From an uncultured archaeon (GTDB taxonomy: Archaea; Thermoproteota; Nitrososphaeria; Nitrososphaerales; Gagatemarchaeaceae), in the NCBI GenBank assembly GCA_963799775.1, contig CAWCYD010000002.1, forward strand, positions 32,001-96,000: DNA of 64,000 nucleotides, given 5' to 3'. Under the pieces are notes generated by a model. It did no database searches. It was given only the letters and a program-made list of their open reading frames with translations, and was not told the DNA's origin. A program made the translations under genes and the position numbers. How positions within the stretch are numbered: the first letter of the stretch is position 1; the number at the start of each line of letters is the position of its first letter. Of the stretch, positions 9,769 to 20,580 are shown piece by piece.

Positions 9769-9840
9769 AAGTTAACTTCTACCTGAACTTCGACATTTAG
9801 GCGATAGGTAGAAGTTAACTTCAACATGAACTTCGACATC
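9760..9840. repeat. double-palindrome dispersed element, copy 3 (two tandem 43-bp units)
   Basis: GATAGGTAGAAGTTAACTTCTACCTGAACTTCGACATTTAGGC then GATAGGTAGAAGTTAACTTCAACATGAACTTCGACATC; contains the vapC stop codon. Confidence 0.9.
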
Positions 9841-10088
9841 TGAGGACGCAAAGTCAAGGTCGATTCGGACCGGCTAGGAGACGGAGCAGGGTCAACCCCT
9901 GTCTTTGTCCCCTCGCGGTCGCCTCGGAGCACCTTTCAGAGTCTTCGGCACCGGCTGGGGCAGAACTGCTTCAGAGAATCGGAACTTAACTGGCCTTCGT
10001 AGCGTTCCATGCAAAGTCAGTTAACCGCCTGAGACCGCTCGGTGCCATGAGTTCCAGCACTCAGTCGAGCGTCAGGAGGGAGACACGC

Positions 10089-10514
10089 ATGGCGACGCAC
10101 GTCAGCCCCTACCTGAGGTTCAAGGGGAATTGCACCGAGGCAATGAATTTTTACGAGAACTGCTTCGGTGGAGACCTGAATCTCACGACCATCGCTCAAT
10201 CGCCGATGGCAGGTCAAATGCAAGGAGAAGATCCGAAGCACGTCTTCCAAGCCAGCCTGACGAGCGGCGGCATCGAGCTGCTAGGTTCGGACATGGCTCC
10301 GCGGGAGGGTCTGAAGAAAGGCAACGCGATGGCGCTCGCGTGTCAGTGTGCGAGCGAACAAGAGCTGAGGAACCTCTTCGCAAAGCTCTCCGCCGGTGGC
10401 AAGGTGAACTCCCCCGTGGACAAGGCAGCGTGGGGCGGACTCTACGGCCAACTCGTCGACAAGTTCGGGAACGAGTGGATGCTCACCTTCATGGAGCAGC
10501 GACACCGGCCCTAG
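10089..10514 (+). CDS. VOC/PhnB-family protein
   Basis: PYLRFKGNCTEAMNFYENCFGG...WGGLYGQLVDKFGNEWML. Confidence 0.88.
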   Translation: MATHVSPYLRFKGNCTEAMNFYENCFGGDLNLTTIAQSPMAGQMQGEDPKHVFQASLTSGGIELLGSDMAPREGLKKGNAMALACQCASEQELRNLFAKLSAGGKVNSPVDKAAWGGLYGQLVDKFGNEWMLTFMEQRHRP

Positions 10515-10718
10515 CGGGAAGCTCTCTTCTTCCTCCGGGGTGCCAGTCGAAGATTCCTTCTCATCCCTCTCTTGAGAGGGCGGAGCTTCTCTGGGTCCAT
10601 GACGTCCTCGAGGATTCCCGGCCCGACGGTCCCGAAGTACGCCTGGAGACTCGCGATCTATTGCTCCACCGTCGCAGGGAAATGGAAGGCGGAGGCCCAT
10701 GTCGGGGTTCGGAGACCC

Positions 10719-12199
10719 TCAGGCCAGGGACGAGGGACGCACTATCGTGAATCCGGCATTCGAATGATTGGAGGACTTGGACTCGATCGCGTCGGCCCAC
10801 TTCCTTGTGACCTCGATGAGCTCGCCTCGCAGGTCTTCACCCGTCAAGCCCATCCTGCGTATCTCTTCTATTCCATCCGCCAACTCGTTGAGGCCTAGGA
10901 CATCCCTGATCCACTTCTCGTAATCCCTCCTCTTGGCGTGGAACTCGATCGAATCGATGGGCGACCTTTCGAGGGCCTCTATGAATCCCTCGACGGAGGT
11001 CGCAAGTATCCCCGTGTAATGCCCGAAGTTGGTGAAACAGTAGAACGCGGTCTCTAGAGGCGAAGCTATGATTCCAGATACCACCTCATCCGAGAGGATC
11101 GATACGCTCGGCCAGATCCTGCTCCCGCTCAGGACGGTCGCCCTGTCGCCGATCACGCACCCGGGACCGATTATCGATCCGCTCACGGAGGCATTGTCGT
11201 GGACCACAACGGTCTCGCCTATCACGCTATCTGAGATGGTGCAGTTCCGCCCAACATACACCCTCTCCATTATGGCGCTGCGCTCGATCGAGCTGCCCGA
11301 AGAGATCAGCGCGTTCCTCTTCACCGAGCAATCTCTACCTATCTTCACCCTTTCCTCGATCGTGACGTCTCTCTCTATGATGACCGGCTCAGCAATCTGG
11401 ACCCCCCGTGCTATTGAGGCTGACCCGTGAGTCATCGCGACGTTCGGCGACGATGTCTGCGGACCTGGTTGCGGTCGGCTCGTCGTCTCCAACACCCATT
11501 TCATCCCGCCCAGGAATCCCTCGAGATTTCCGATGTCCACCCAGAACGCGTCCGAGGCGAAACCATACAACTTCTTGTGGAGCCTCAAGAGGTGCGGAAA
11601 GAGGTCCTTGGCAAAATCCCACTTGTTGTCAGACAGGTAGTCTATCGATTCCGGCTCCATCACATAGAAGCCTGTGCTGACGAGGTTGCTTCTCGCTTCT
11701 CCCCTCTTCGGCTTCTCTTGGAACTCTGTGATCATGTTCTTGTCATCGAGCAGCGCTACGCCGTACTCCGAAGGGTCGGGCACCCTTGTCAGCACGATGG
11801 TCGTCAGGGAACCGACCTTGTGATGAAAGTCTACCGCCTCGCGAAGCGGAATCTCGGTCAAGGTGTCCGCCTGGGCAATCAAGAAAGTTTCGTCTAGCAG
11901 GTGTTCGACAAGTTTGAGACACCCGGCCGTCCCGATATGAAGCCCTTCTGGTTCGACCGCATAGGTGATACGCACGCCGTAGCTCGAGCCGTCACCGAGA
12001 TAGTCCATGATCTGGTCCCTCTGGGGACCCTGACCACCGTGACGACCTCGTCAAAGCCCTCTTTTGCAAGGCGCGTGAGCACGTAGTGGATGGAGGGCTC
12101 CGGACCCAACGGGATCATCGGTTTCGGCCGCGTGAAGGTTAGCGGTCGCAGCCGCGTCCCTTCCCCGGCCGCAAGGACCACCGCTTTCGCCCCACTCAC
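10719..12199 (-). CDS. NDP-sugar pyrophosphorylase (mannose-1-P guanylyltransferase-like) with LbH repeats and C-terminal DUF5752-like domain, frameshift near 12025
   Basis: AVVLAAGEGTRLRPLT..RPKPM, GTAG, EFQEKP, FWVDIG, hexapeptide repeats; C-terminus FYCFT...SIEFHAKRRDYEKWIRDVLG. Confidence 0.85.
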
Positions 12200-12243
12200 C
12201 CATCGAGAACGAGTTGGCTCCGCTCTAATTAATGGTTGCTGTC

Positions 12244-13026
12244 CTAGGCGCTCTTTGCGAAATTGCCGCTTCCGTCGGGTAATAGGTCGAAGCGGATCTT
12301 TCCGTTCTCCATCGCCAAGTTCTGGACGACGTAGTCGGAGGAGTAGGTCTTCGAGAGGGCGCCCCTGACCACCCCCACCAGGAACTGGTCCACGACCCCT
12401 TTCTTGGAGCCCGATGTCACAGGCTGGTCGATTACTACCTTGAGCCCCCTGAAGTCCCCTGAGAGCTCCAGCACTCCCAGCCCCACGGCGCCGAAGTATG
12501 CCTTTAGATTCGCGATCTCCTGCTCCACCGGCGCAGGGACGTGGAAGAGCGTCCTTATGCTGTCCATGATCTCCTCTCCCACCGTGACGCCTTGGTTGTG
12601 GAGTATCACTCCACCCGGGGTCCCGAAGGTCTTGAGGATCGAGTCGATCAGCGCCGCCCAACCCTCCGCTGAGAGCACGAAGACCCGCGTGTGGCCCGAG
12701 CGGGTCAGCGGGAACATCATGGTCTCGAACTTCACATCCGTCCTCGCTTCGATCCGAGCGTCCTTGACAAAGTCCAGTTTCTTGAGCGACTCCACAAGTT
12801 CCTTTGGCTTGACGGTCGCCCCGGCCATCTCCAAGTAGAAGATGTCGTAGCCCGTGCGCATATCGTCGGAGCATTGCAGACTGCCCGAGAGGATGTCGAT
12901 GTTCTTCTCTCCCATGATCGTCGCGAGCTTGGCGAGAACCATTGGCTTGGAGTCGACGGAGATGTAGAGCTCATAGACCTGGCGACCCTCGGGCGACGAT
13001 ATGCCCAGTGACCGAGTTTGCCTCAA
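12244..13026 (-). CDS. ACT-domain plus V4R-like protein
   Basis: N-terminal SKPMVLAKLATIMGEKNIDILS (ACT-like); C-terminal FG..GG.IL...G...G, GLGVLE, FLVGVVRGAL (V4R-like). Confidence 0.65.
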   Translation of the reverse strand: MRQTRSLGISSPEGRQVYELYISVDSKPMVLAKLATIMGEKNIDILSGSLQCSDDMRTGYDIFYLEMAGATVKPKELVESLKKLDFVKDARIEARTDVKFETMMFPLTRSGHTRVFVLSAEGWAALIDSILKTFGTPGGVILHNQGVTVGEEIMDSIRTLFHVPAPVEQEIANLKAYFGAVGLGVLELSGDFRGLKVVIDQPVTSGSKKGVVDQFLVGVVRGALSKTYSSDYVVQNLAMENGKIRFDLLPDGSGNFAKSA

Positions 13027-13275
13027 ATGGTCCGTATTGCGCTAGAGGAAATATAAGTAATTCGTGCGAATTCTCAAATCCATGTTAACTTTGGCGGCCT
13101 TGTGTGTTGACAATTGTCAGCCCGGCTGAAGGATGGCGCCCTTGCTCTCAGAATTCGAACTCGAGTTGGGCTTTTAAGAATTTCCAGCTCTTCAGGGCTG
13201 TTCTTGGTCCTCGATTACTGCGGCATCCTTATGCGTCTCCCTCGAAGCAACGTGTAGCTCTTGCCAGTAACGACA

Positions 13276-13990
13276 ATGTCGCCTCAGAAGGGCGCGGAAT
13301 TCGAGTCGCTGGACCAAGTGGCTGCGGCCATCGTGGAATGCAGGCGCTGCCCGAGGCTTGTCAGGTATCGGGAGTCGCTCCCGAAACGCAAGTCCTTCGG
13401 GTCGGAGGAGTACTGGCGGAGGCCGGTTCCCGGGTTCGGAGACCCGGAAGCCAGACTCGTGATCATCGGTCTCGCGCCAGCTGCGCATGGCGGGAACAGA
13501 ACGGGGAGGGTGTTCACAGGGGACGAGTCGGGAAAATTCCTGGTCAGGGTTCTCTTCGAGGCGGGTTACGCAAGCTCGCCCATTTCGTCTGGGCGAGCTG
13601 ACGGCTTGGTCTATTGCGACTGCTACGTCTCCGCCGCGGTGAGGTGCGCGCCGCCTGAGAACAAGCCGACCACGAAAGAGTTCGAGAACTGCAGCGAGTA
13701 TCTCGACTCCGAGCTAAGGCTTCTCCCGAACGCGAGGGCCGTGCTCGCGCTTGGAAAAGGCGGCCTTCGACTCCTATCTCGCCTACGCCCGCAGCAGAGG
13801 GGCAGACACGAAAGGCATGGGATTCTTCCATGGGGCCGTATACGCGCTCAGGAGTCTCCCCACTCTCTATGGCTCGTATCACCCAAGCCCTAGGAACACT
13901 TTCACGGGTAAGCTGACGAGGAGTATGCTGCTCTCCCTGCTCACGAGAATAAAGAAGGGTTCGGAGTCTTTCGACTCCGGGGCGATGTAG
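13276..13990 (+). CDS. uracil-DNA glycosylase family 5, frameshift near 13757
   Basis: CRRCPRL, GLAPAAHGGNRTGRVFTGDESG, RCAPPENKP, SYHPSPRNT. Confidence 0.9.
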
Positions 13991-14033
13991 CGCTCGTCGC
14001 GAGCCTTTCGCGAGGAGTCTCAGCTCTAGCGCG

Positions 14034-14528
14034 CTATCGGGTGGAGTTAGACCCGCTCGACGTCGAGTTGGTCTCGAACATCGATGTGGAGGTTGTCACC
14101 GAACTCGAAGTTGTCGTGGAGCTCGTGCAGCTGGTCTCAATCGAGACGGTGCCGGTGCCGTTACTGGTCACGGAACTTGTAGACGTCGAATTGGAGGTCA
14201 AAGTGGCGCCGCTGGCCGGGACGCTCCCTGAGCTAGAAACAGTGCTCGTGGTCAACGTCGAGCTTGGCGTGGTAGAGTTGCAAGGCGAGCAAGGTGTGTA
14301 GGTGCCTGCACATGGCGTGGCCTTTGAGAGGTTGCTCGTGTTGGCGGTTGTGAATGGATTGGCTATGCTCGTAGTGTTGTTGGGTAGCGTACTGTTCGTG
14401 GTGGTGCTGTTGGGGTGGCTCGAGGCGAGATACACGGCGACTCCCGCGATTATGATGATAACAATCACGACTGCCGCTCCTGCTGACGCTGCGAGGCCCT
14501 TCCTGCCCTCCGTGACGTAGCTGGTCAA
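14034..14528 (-). CDS. membrane-anchored Ser/Thr-rich protein
   Basis: RKG followed by hydrophobic N-terminus, then low-complexity S/T with a few Cys. Confidence 0.6.
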   Translation of the reverse strand: MTSYVTEGRKGLAASAGAAVVIVIIIIAGVAVYLASSHPNSTTTNSTLPNNTTSIANPFTTANTSNLSKATPCAGTYTPCSPCNSTTPSSTLTTSTVSSSGSVPASGATLTSNSTSTSSVTSNGTGTVSIETSCTSSTTTSSSVTTSTSMFETNSTSSGSNSTR

Positions 14529-14701
14529 GAAATCTCAAGTTCCAAAATGCCGACGTGCATTATATGCAAATACAGAGTCCGTATTAGATGAATGCTACAA
14601 ATCGGAACACGGAAGGCAGACCACAGTATCGGAGCAGTTCCCTCCAGAAGGGGACAAGCTAACAATAAATCGACGTGTGCTGATGACAGCGGCAGAGGAC
14701 C

Positions 14702-15487
14702 ATGGTCAGATTCCCTAGGTTCCCAAGACCGCTAATGGAGGCCTTGCATCGAAGGGGCACTGTCTTCACAATGATGTTCGTCTGCTTGGTCGCCTCCGTC
14801 TGCCTCAGCGCCGGTCTCTACCTGCTCCTAAGGGCTACAAATCCGCCGCCGCCCTACGGGCACCCTGGAGCCCCCACCTCAATTAGGGTTTGGACTGAAT
14901 CATACGCCAGCTGGAGCCAGGCAAGCCAGAGCTACGGACTGGACTTCGCCCTCAGTCTGCTGGCGCCGTTCTCGTTCCTCGCGGCGCTAGGTGTCATGAG
15001 ATTCCCCAGGGCGGCGTTCGTCACCTCGTTCTCACTCTTGAACCTTTTTTTCGCGTGGTCTTCCCATGTCATAGCCTCGATTTCTTTTTGGCTGCAATCC
15101 GGCCTGACGCAAGCGGTCTCCTCCCAAGACTTCTTCCTTTTGACGAGCCTGAGACTCTTCTTGTTCACAGGCAATGCCTATGTCGTCGCAGACGCGGAGT
15201 CTCTGGCCTTGCTCGCCGGTGTCGTCGCTTCCGCATTTCTCTTGGGCCGAGACCGCGGGAGGAGAAGGGCGCTGGTGCTCTCGACCTGGGCAGCGTCCCT
15301 CTGCCTCGTCATTCTTGGGATCGAGATCGCGGTCTTTGACTATCGCGAGCTCTTCCTGCACGTTACCCAGGCTCAAGTCGTCCTCGACCTTGCGCCGTGG
15401 TTCTCCAACGCGGACCTCCTCTTCTCGGCCCTCCTGGTCTTCTCGCTCGCGAGCCTCTCGCTCCGCCGCCCTTGGTCGGACCGCTGA
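14702..15487 (+). CDS. multi-pass membrane protein
   Basis: 261-aa ORF with ~6 hydrophobic segments. Confidence 0.6.
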   Translation: MVRFPRFPRPLMEALHRRGTVFTMMFVCLVASVCLSAGLYLLLRATNPPPPYGHPGAPTSIRVWTESYASWSQASQSYGLDFALSLLAPFSFLAALGVMRFPRAAFVTSFSLLNLFFAWSSHVIASISFWLQSGLTQAVSSQDFFLLTSLRLFLFTGNAYVVADAESLALLAGVVASAFLLGRDRGRRRALVLSTWAASLCLVILGIEIAVFDYRELFLHVTQAQVVLDLAPWFSNADLLFSALLVFSLASLSLRRPWSDR

Positions 15488-15616
15488 CCGGGTCATCCGC
15501 ACCCCGGAGGGCGCGCGCAGAATCTGGGGCCATCTGGCGGAGATTCACTAACAATTTTGGAACGAGTTCGGAAATCCAGTATATACTTCAAATACATGGA
15601 TGACATCGACGAAAAC

Positions 15617-16252
15617 ATGACGACGACAAGAACCAAAGCAGCGACCATCGGGGTCCTCGCAGTGGCACTGGCAATAACCCTGGCCTACTCGGCCTTGGCC
15701 TTGCCCGCCTCCGCACAGGCCCAGACAAGCAACTCCACCACATCCAACTCGTCCAGTTCAGGCACAGCGACAAGCACAACGACCGCGCCCCCAGGAAGGC
15801 TCGGCGGCCCCGGCTGGGGCCCCTTCGGCGCAGGGCCTCTCCGCGGCGGCCACGGCCTCGGCCAGCAACCGGCCAACCTCACGGTCGGCCAGACAATCAC
15901 CATCACAAGCTCGAGCGGAAACTATGTGGTCGTGGGCAACCATGACCAGAACGGGACAGCGTCAGGCACGCTGACGTTCACCGTCACCGGCAAGCTAGCC
16001 GGCGGCTACACGCTCTCAATCACTTCAGGCAGCCTGGTCGTGAGCGGGACCACATACACAGTCTCCTCGGGCTCGGCCCAGATGGGAAGGGACGCCGCCC
16101 GACTCGTGGGACAGGGAGCCACAAGCTCCTCCGGTGAGTTCCTCGTGACCGCATCCGCCCATGGCAGCTTCGTGGGCACAACAGCAACGATGTCGCTAGA
16201 CCTCAGCAACGGGTCGACCGAGTACCTCGTCTTCCTTTCAGGCACAGCCTAG
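15617..16252 (+). CDS. secreted hypothetical protein
   Basis: Signal peptide, S/T and Gly-rich linker, beta-rich C-terminal domain; T-tract downstream. Confidence 0.65.
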   Translation: MTTTRTKAATIGVLAVALAITLAYSALALPASAQAQTSNSTTSNSSSSGTATSTTTAPPGRLGGPGWGPFGAGPLRGGHGLGQQPANLTVGQTITITSSSGNYVVVGNHDQNGTASGTLTFTVTGKLAGGYTLSITSGSLVVSGTTYTVSSGSAQMGRDAARLVGQGATSSSGEFLVTASAHGSFVGTTATMSLDLSNGSTEYLVFLSGTA

Positions 16253-16389
16253 AAGGACTGCGAGGCTACTCGGCCCGCCTTATTTTTTCCCTGATGGAGA
16301 CCCTTCTCCGCAGCGGGTCACGCAACGTAGACGTTTCCTTCAGAAGACTAATATCGCGTCAGACGTCGTTTCCTACCGGTTTTCAAGCC

Positions 16390-18914
16390 GTGGTGTCGAA
16401 GAACGCCATCGCGATCGTGATCGGAGTCTTGCTGATCGTCTCCAGCTTCGGGTTCCTCTTGTCCACCCAGTCGCAACCTCCTCGCTCGTCGTCGAGCAGC
16501 GTCTCCTCTCTCTCTTCGAGTGGCAGCTCTCTGTCGACGCGCACAACTCCGACCTCCGCCACTCTGAGCTCGCAGACCTCGACGACCCCCGGCTCGTCCA
16601 GCGCGAGCTCGACCGCCACCTCCACGTCAGCGACCACTTCTTCGACGGCCTCCACCACGACATCGGCGTCTTCCATGACATCGAGCGCCCCGAGTTCGAC
16701 GTCCTCGACCACCTCCTCGACGACCGCCTCGACGTCGACGAGCACCTTCTATCCGCCGACCCTCTACGTCGCCACGGACGGCAACGACGCATGGAGCGGC
16801 ACTCTCTCCTCGCCGAACAGCGCCCACACCGACGGACCCGTCGCGACGCTCGCGAAGGCCCAAAGCCTGGTTAGGACGATCAAGGGCGGGCAGAACGTGC
16901 CGAGCATCATCGCGGTAGAGGTGGAGAACGGGACATACTTCCTGGCGTCCTCGCTCACTCTCACCTCAGCCGACTCTGGGCACCCCACCACCCAGATCGT
17001 GTACGAGTCGGCCCCCGGTGCGACGGTCGTCATAAGCGGGGGCAAGGCGGTCACGGGCTGGACGAAGGTCGCGGGCAACGAGTGGGAGGCGTCCGCCACC
17101 GGCTTCCAGTACTTCGAACAGCTCTGGCTAAACAACCAGGTGATATTCCGACCGAGGACGACCAGCTCCTATCTCTACTTCGTGGGGCCGGTCTTCTCCA
17201 AGTACAGGAGCTCCAGTTGCTCGGTCCCATCGGGCACCCAGTACCAGTGCTTCAACAGGTTCCAGTTCAAGAGCGGCGACCTGGCCTCGAGCTACTACGA
17301 CCTCAACGACGTAGAGATCGACGACTTTGAGTGCTGGACCATGCCGAGGATGAGGCTCGCTTCAATTGACACGGCCAACGACACCGCCTACACCACGGGA
17401 GAGACGGCCCCGGTCTCCGACTGCCACGGGTTCATCGCGGGTCACAAGTATCTCGTGGAGAACGTGAAGGAGGGCCCTGAACCAGCCCGGGCAGTGGTAT
17501 TTCGACCAGCCCAACAACCAGATCCTCTACATGGCGGAGCCGGGGGAGAACCCCAACTCAGAGTCCTTCATCGCGCCTCAGCTCACCCAGCTCATCGTCG
17601 CGAACGGCCTGAGCTACGTCACCTTCCAGGGTATTACCTTCTCCAACTCGAACTGGGTCGTCCCTCCCCAGGGGTGGCAGTCTCCCCAGGGAGAGGAGCT
17701 CAGCGCCAACTCCTACGTCCCCGCGGCGCTCTCGTTCACGGGCTCGAGCTACATCACGATTGATGACTGCGTCGTCTCCCACATCGGGGACTACGGCATA
17801 GGCTTCTACGGGACGGGGCCGTTCACCCCCACGCAGCAGACCCCCTACAGCAACCAGATAACCAACAGCGAGGTCTACGACTCCGGGGTCGGCGGCATAG
17901 TCATCGGCCGGGTTCACCCTGCCCAACGACACGGACGCGAACGTGGCCGAATACGACCTGATCTCGAACGACCAGATAACGGGGATGGGGAGGTTCCTCC
18001 CCGGCGGCTACGCGATCTACGTCATGGACGCTCACAACAACATGGTGTCCCACGACACCGTCGACGACACCTACTCGAACGCCATCTCCGTCGGCGCCAC
18101 CTACGGGGGGAACCTTGCGGTCTCCCAGTACGCGTACGACAACATCGTCGAGTACAACCTCTGCTACGACGTGAACCAGGGCGTGGCCGAGGACGGAGGG
18201 GCCATCTACACCGCCTCCGGAGCGACCCAAGGGAACAAGATACTCAACAACGTGGTCCACGATGTCACCGCGGACATCAACTCCACGGTCCACGGCTACG
18301 GCGGATGGGGCATCTACTTCGACTCTACGAGCCAGAACGTCTATTCCGCGAACAACCTGGTCTACCGCACGTCCTTCCCGAGCATCCACCAGAACGACGG
18401 CTTCAACAACACAGTGACGAACAGCATCCTCGCCTACGGCAACTTCGGTCTCATAGACCGCTCGCACAACAACGCGAGCTCCCTGACCGTCGCCCACAAC
18501 ATCCTCCTCTGGGACATCAACTCCGACCAGGGCTCCTTCCAGCGCGGCATCTGGAGCTGCATCTCCACTTGCACGAGCCAGTTCTCCTTCGCAGACAACC
18601 TGTATTGGTATCTCAACGGGACGCCGAGCTTCTTCACGACGAACGGGGAGAACCAGAACCCGATGGTCCACACGCTCGCGCAATGGCAGGCACTCGGAGA
18701 GGATGCAGGCTCCATCATCGCCAACCCCCTCTTCACTGCTGCGAGCTACCCCACCTACAACTTCACCCTGGCCTCCAACTCGCCCGCGTTCAGCATCGGG
18801 TTCGTCCCCTTCGACCCCAGCCAGGCCGGGGTCATCCCGGGTTCGACGCCTCCACCTCCGCCTACACCAGCGGCGTTCCCGCTGCAGCTGTTGAACTCTG
18901 GCTCAGGCTTCTAG
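16390..18914 (+). CDS. membrane-anchored right-handed beta-helix glycoside hydrolase-like protein (GH141-like), two frameshifts (~17475, ~17910)
   Basis: N-terminal TM plus S/T linker; YVATDGNDAWSG..DGP.ATL, DGGAIY, GWGIYFD, NNLVY; continues across ORFs 16294, 17531 and 17943. Confidence 0.75.
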
Positions 18915-18927
18915 AGGAGCAGCCCGC

Positions 18928-20577
18928 TCAAGCGGCGAAGATTCCTTCCTCGATGACGTACTTCCTCCTCGCGAGGTCCATGAGGTTCCTCGTGAAGACT
19001 ATGCCGTAGATCGCCACGACGATAGCGAAGAGCAGCGAGACGTACGCCGCGGGTGCGATGTTCCCGGCCGCCATGTTCGACGAGATGTAATACATCATCC
19101 CGTTCTTCACCTGAAGGCCTTGGGTTGAGACCGAGGGTGCAATCCCAGGCCAGAACTCCCCGATTGCGATTCCCGCCCACGCGCTGTTGATGGTGCTCGA
19201 CAGCCCGGTGATCAAGTAGGGGAGCGTCGAAGGGAAAATCACCCGCCTCATCTTGGTCCAGAATGGGATGTGGTAGTTCATCACCACCTCGTTGAACTCA
19301 GACGGCACCGCCTGGACCCCTATCCAAAAGTCGAAGAAGATGTAGTAGAAGCAGCTCAGGAAACCGAGGATGAAGATGTAGACCTCAGTGTAGGTGAAGG
19401 GGAGCGCGTGCTCGAGGAAGGGGAGGGTGGCGATGAAAATCAGCGGGAAGTATGTGGGCGCTGGGAACGCCGCGAAGACCTGGATAGCAGGGAGGAGAGC
19501 GTTGCTGGCCCTGTGGTGGTTCGAGAGGTAGTAGCCCACGAAGACTGCCGTCGCGAGCGAGGCGAGCGCGATGAGGCTGACGCGGATGTAATCGGCCCCC
19601 ACATATTCGAGGAGCTGGGGCGTCTCGGAGAAGAAGGTCATCCACGTCTGCTTGGGGACCGACGTGACAAGCTGCGCTGTCCCGTACAGCAGGTATCCGA
19701 GGACTCCCAGCAGGATGGCGATTCCGATATACTTGGTGGCCTTTGCCCGAGTCTGGTGCTTTTCTACGTCGAAGGCCTCGCCCATCCTTGCCCTTATCAC
19801 GCGTGAGTAGTATCCGCCCACCACGCTGCTCGACCTGAAGGCGCGCCACGGAGTGGCAAGCCTGCCCCGCCACCTGCCCGCGTTATGCTTGATGACCCCG
19901 GGCGTATCGACGCCGAACTTGGCTATCGCCCACCGGCTGACCCTTGAGAGAGACAGAGTGACTATCACGACGGCGACCGCTATTGATAGCAGGCAATACA
20001 CCACCCCAGTGAAATCCCCCGCGGCGGTGTATTGCGTGATGAGCGTCCCGATTCCGAAAGTCGAGCACTGGCCGCTCGGACAGATCTTCGCCGTGGCGAC
20101 CCCAGCGGTGAAGACTTCGCTCACGGAGATGTAGAAGAAGGCGTCAGCGAAGCTGGAGAAGACGTTCGAGGTTATCCTGGGGATGGAGTGTGGGATGAAG
20201 ATGGTCGACATCCTTCTCGCGAAGCTGAACCTGTAGTTGTCAGAGACCTCCAGGAGGTGCTCCGGGACGGTCTTGAAGGCCTGGTAGATGCCTATCCAGA
20301 CGTTCCAGACGACCGCGTCGAATACGAGGAAGTCGACGGCGAGCTCGACCCCTATCTGCCCAGGAATGGCGAGAACGAAGGCGACAAGGACCAGCGGCAG
20401 GAAGCCGATGACGGGAATCGACTCGAAGACGTTCACCAGAGGGACGTATATGCTCTCGAAGGTCCGGCTCTTGATTGCCGCGTAGGCCAGACCCCACCCG
20501 GTGAGGATCGAGAGGGCTATGAGCGCGAAGATCCTGACGAGTGTCGCGAGGGTAGCAAGCGGAATGGTGAGGTCCAC
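18928..20577 (-). CDS. NitT/TauT-family ABC transporter permease (duplicated domain)
   Basis: Two BPD_transp_1 repeats (ESIPVIGFLP; AAFPAPTYFP; IFPSTLPYLITG). Confidence 0.88.
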   Translation of the reverse strand: MDLTIPLATLATLVRIFALIALSILTGWGLAYAAIKSRTFESIYVPLVNVFESIPVIGFLPLVLVAFVLAIPGQIGVELAVDFLVFDAVVWNVWIGIYQAFKTVPEHLLEVSDNYRFSFARRMSTIFIPHSIPRITSNVFSSFADAFFYISVSEVFTAGVATAKICPSGQCSTFGIGTLITQYTAAGDFTGVVYCLLSIAVAVVIVTLSLSRVSRWAIAKFGVDTPGVIKHNAGRWRGRLATPWRAFRSSSVVGGYYSRVIRARMGEAFDVEKHQTRAKATKYIGIAILLGVLGYLLYGTAQLVTSVPKQTWMTFFSETPQLLEYVGADYIRVSLIALASLATAVFVGYYLSNHHRASNALLPAIQVFAAFPAPTYFPLIFIATLPFLEHALPFTYTEVYIFILGFLSCFYYIFFDFWIGVQAVPSEFNEVVMNYHIPFWTKMRRVIFPSTLPYLITGLSSTINSAWAGIAIGEFWPGIAPSVSTQGLQVKNGMMYYISSNMAAGNIAPAAYVSLLFAIVVAIYGIVFTRNLMDLARRKYVIEEGIFAA

Positions 20578-20580
20578 AGG

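Noticed and set aside
5943-9840. CRISPR array interpretation of the palindromic repeats
   Set aside because: The intervening sequence within each copy is conserved rather than unique, copies are kilobases apart, and no cas genes are present.
1-10000. Integrase or transposase for the accessory region
   Set aside because: No recombinase or transposase motifs found in any ORF in the window, so no mobile element is called.
16480-16750. TCGACG/TCC-rich low-complexity repeat (similar Thr-rich tract at 42620-42850)
   Set aside because: Explained by Ser/Thr-rich protein linkers.
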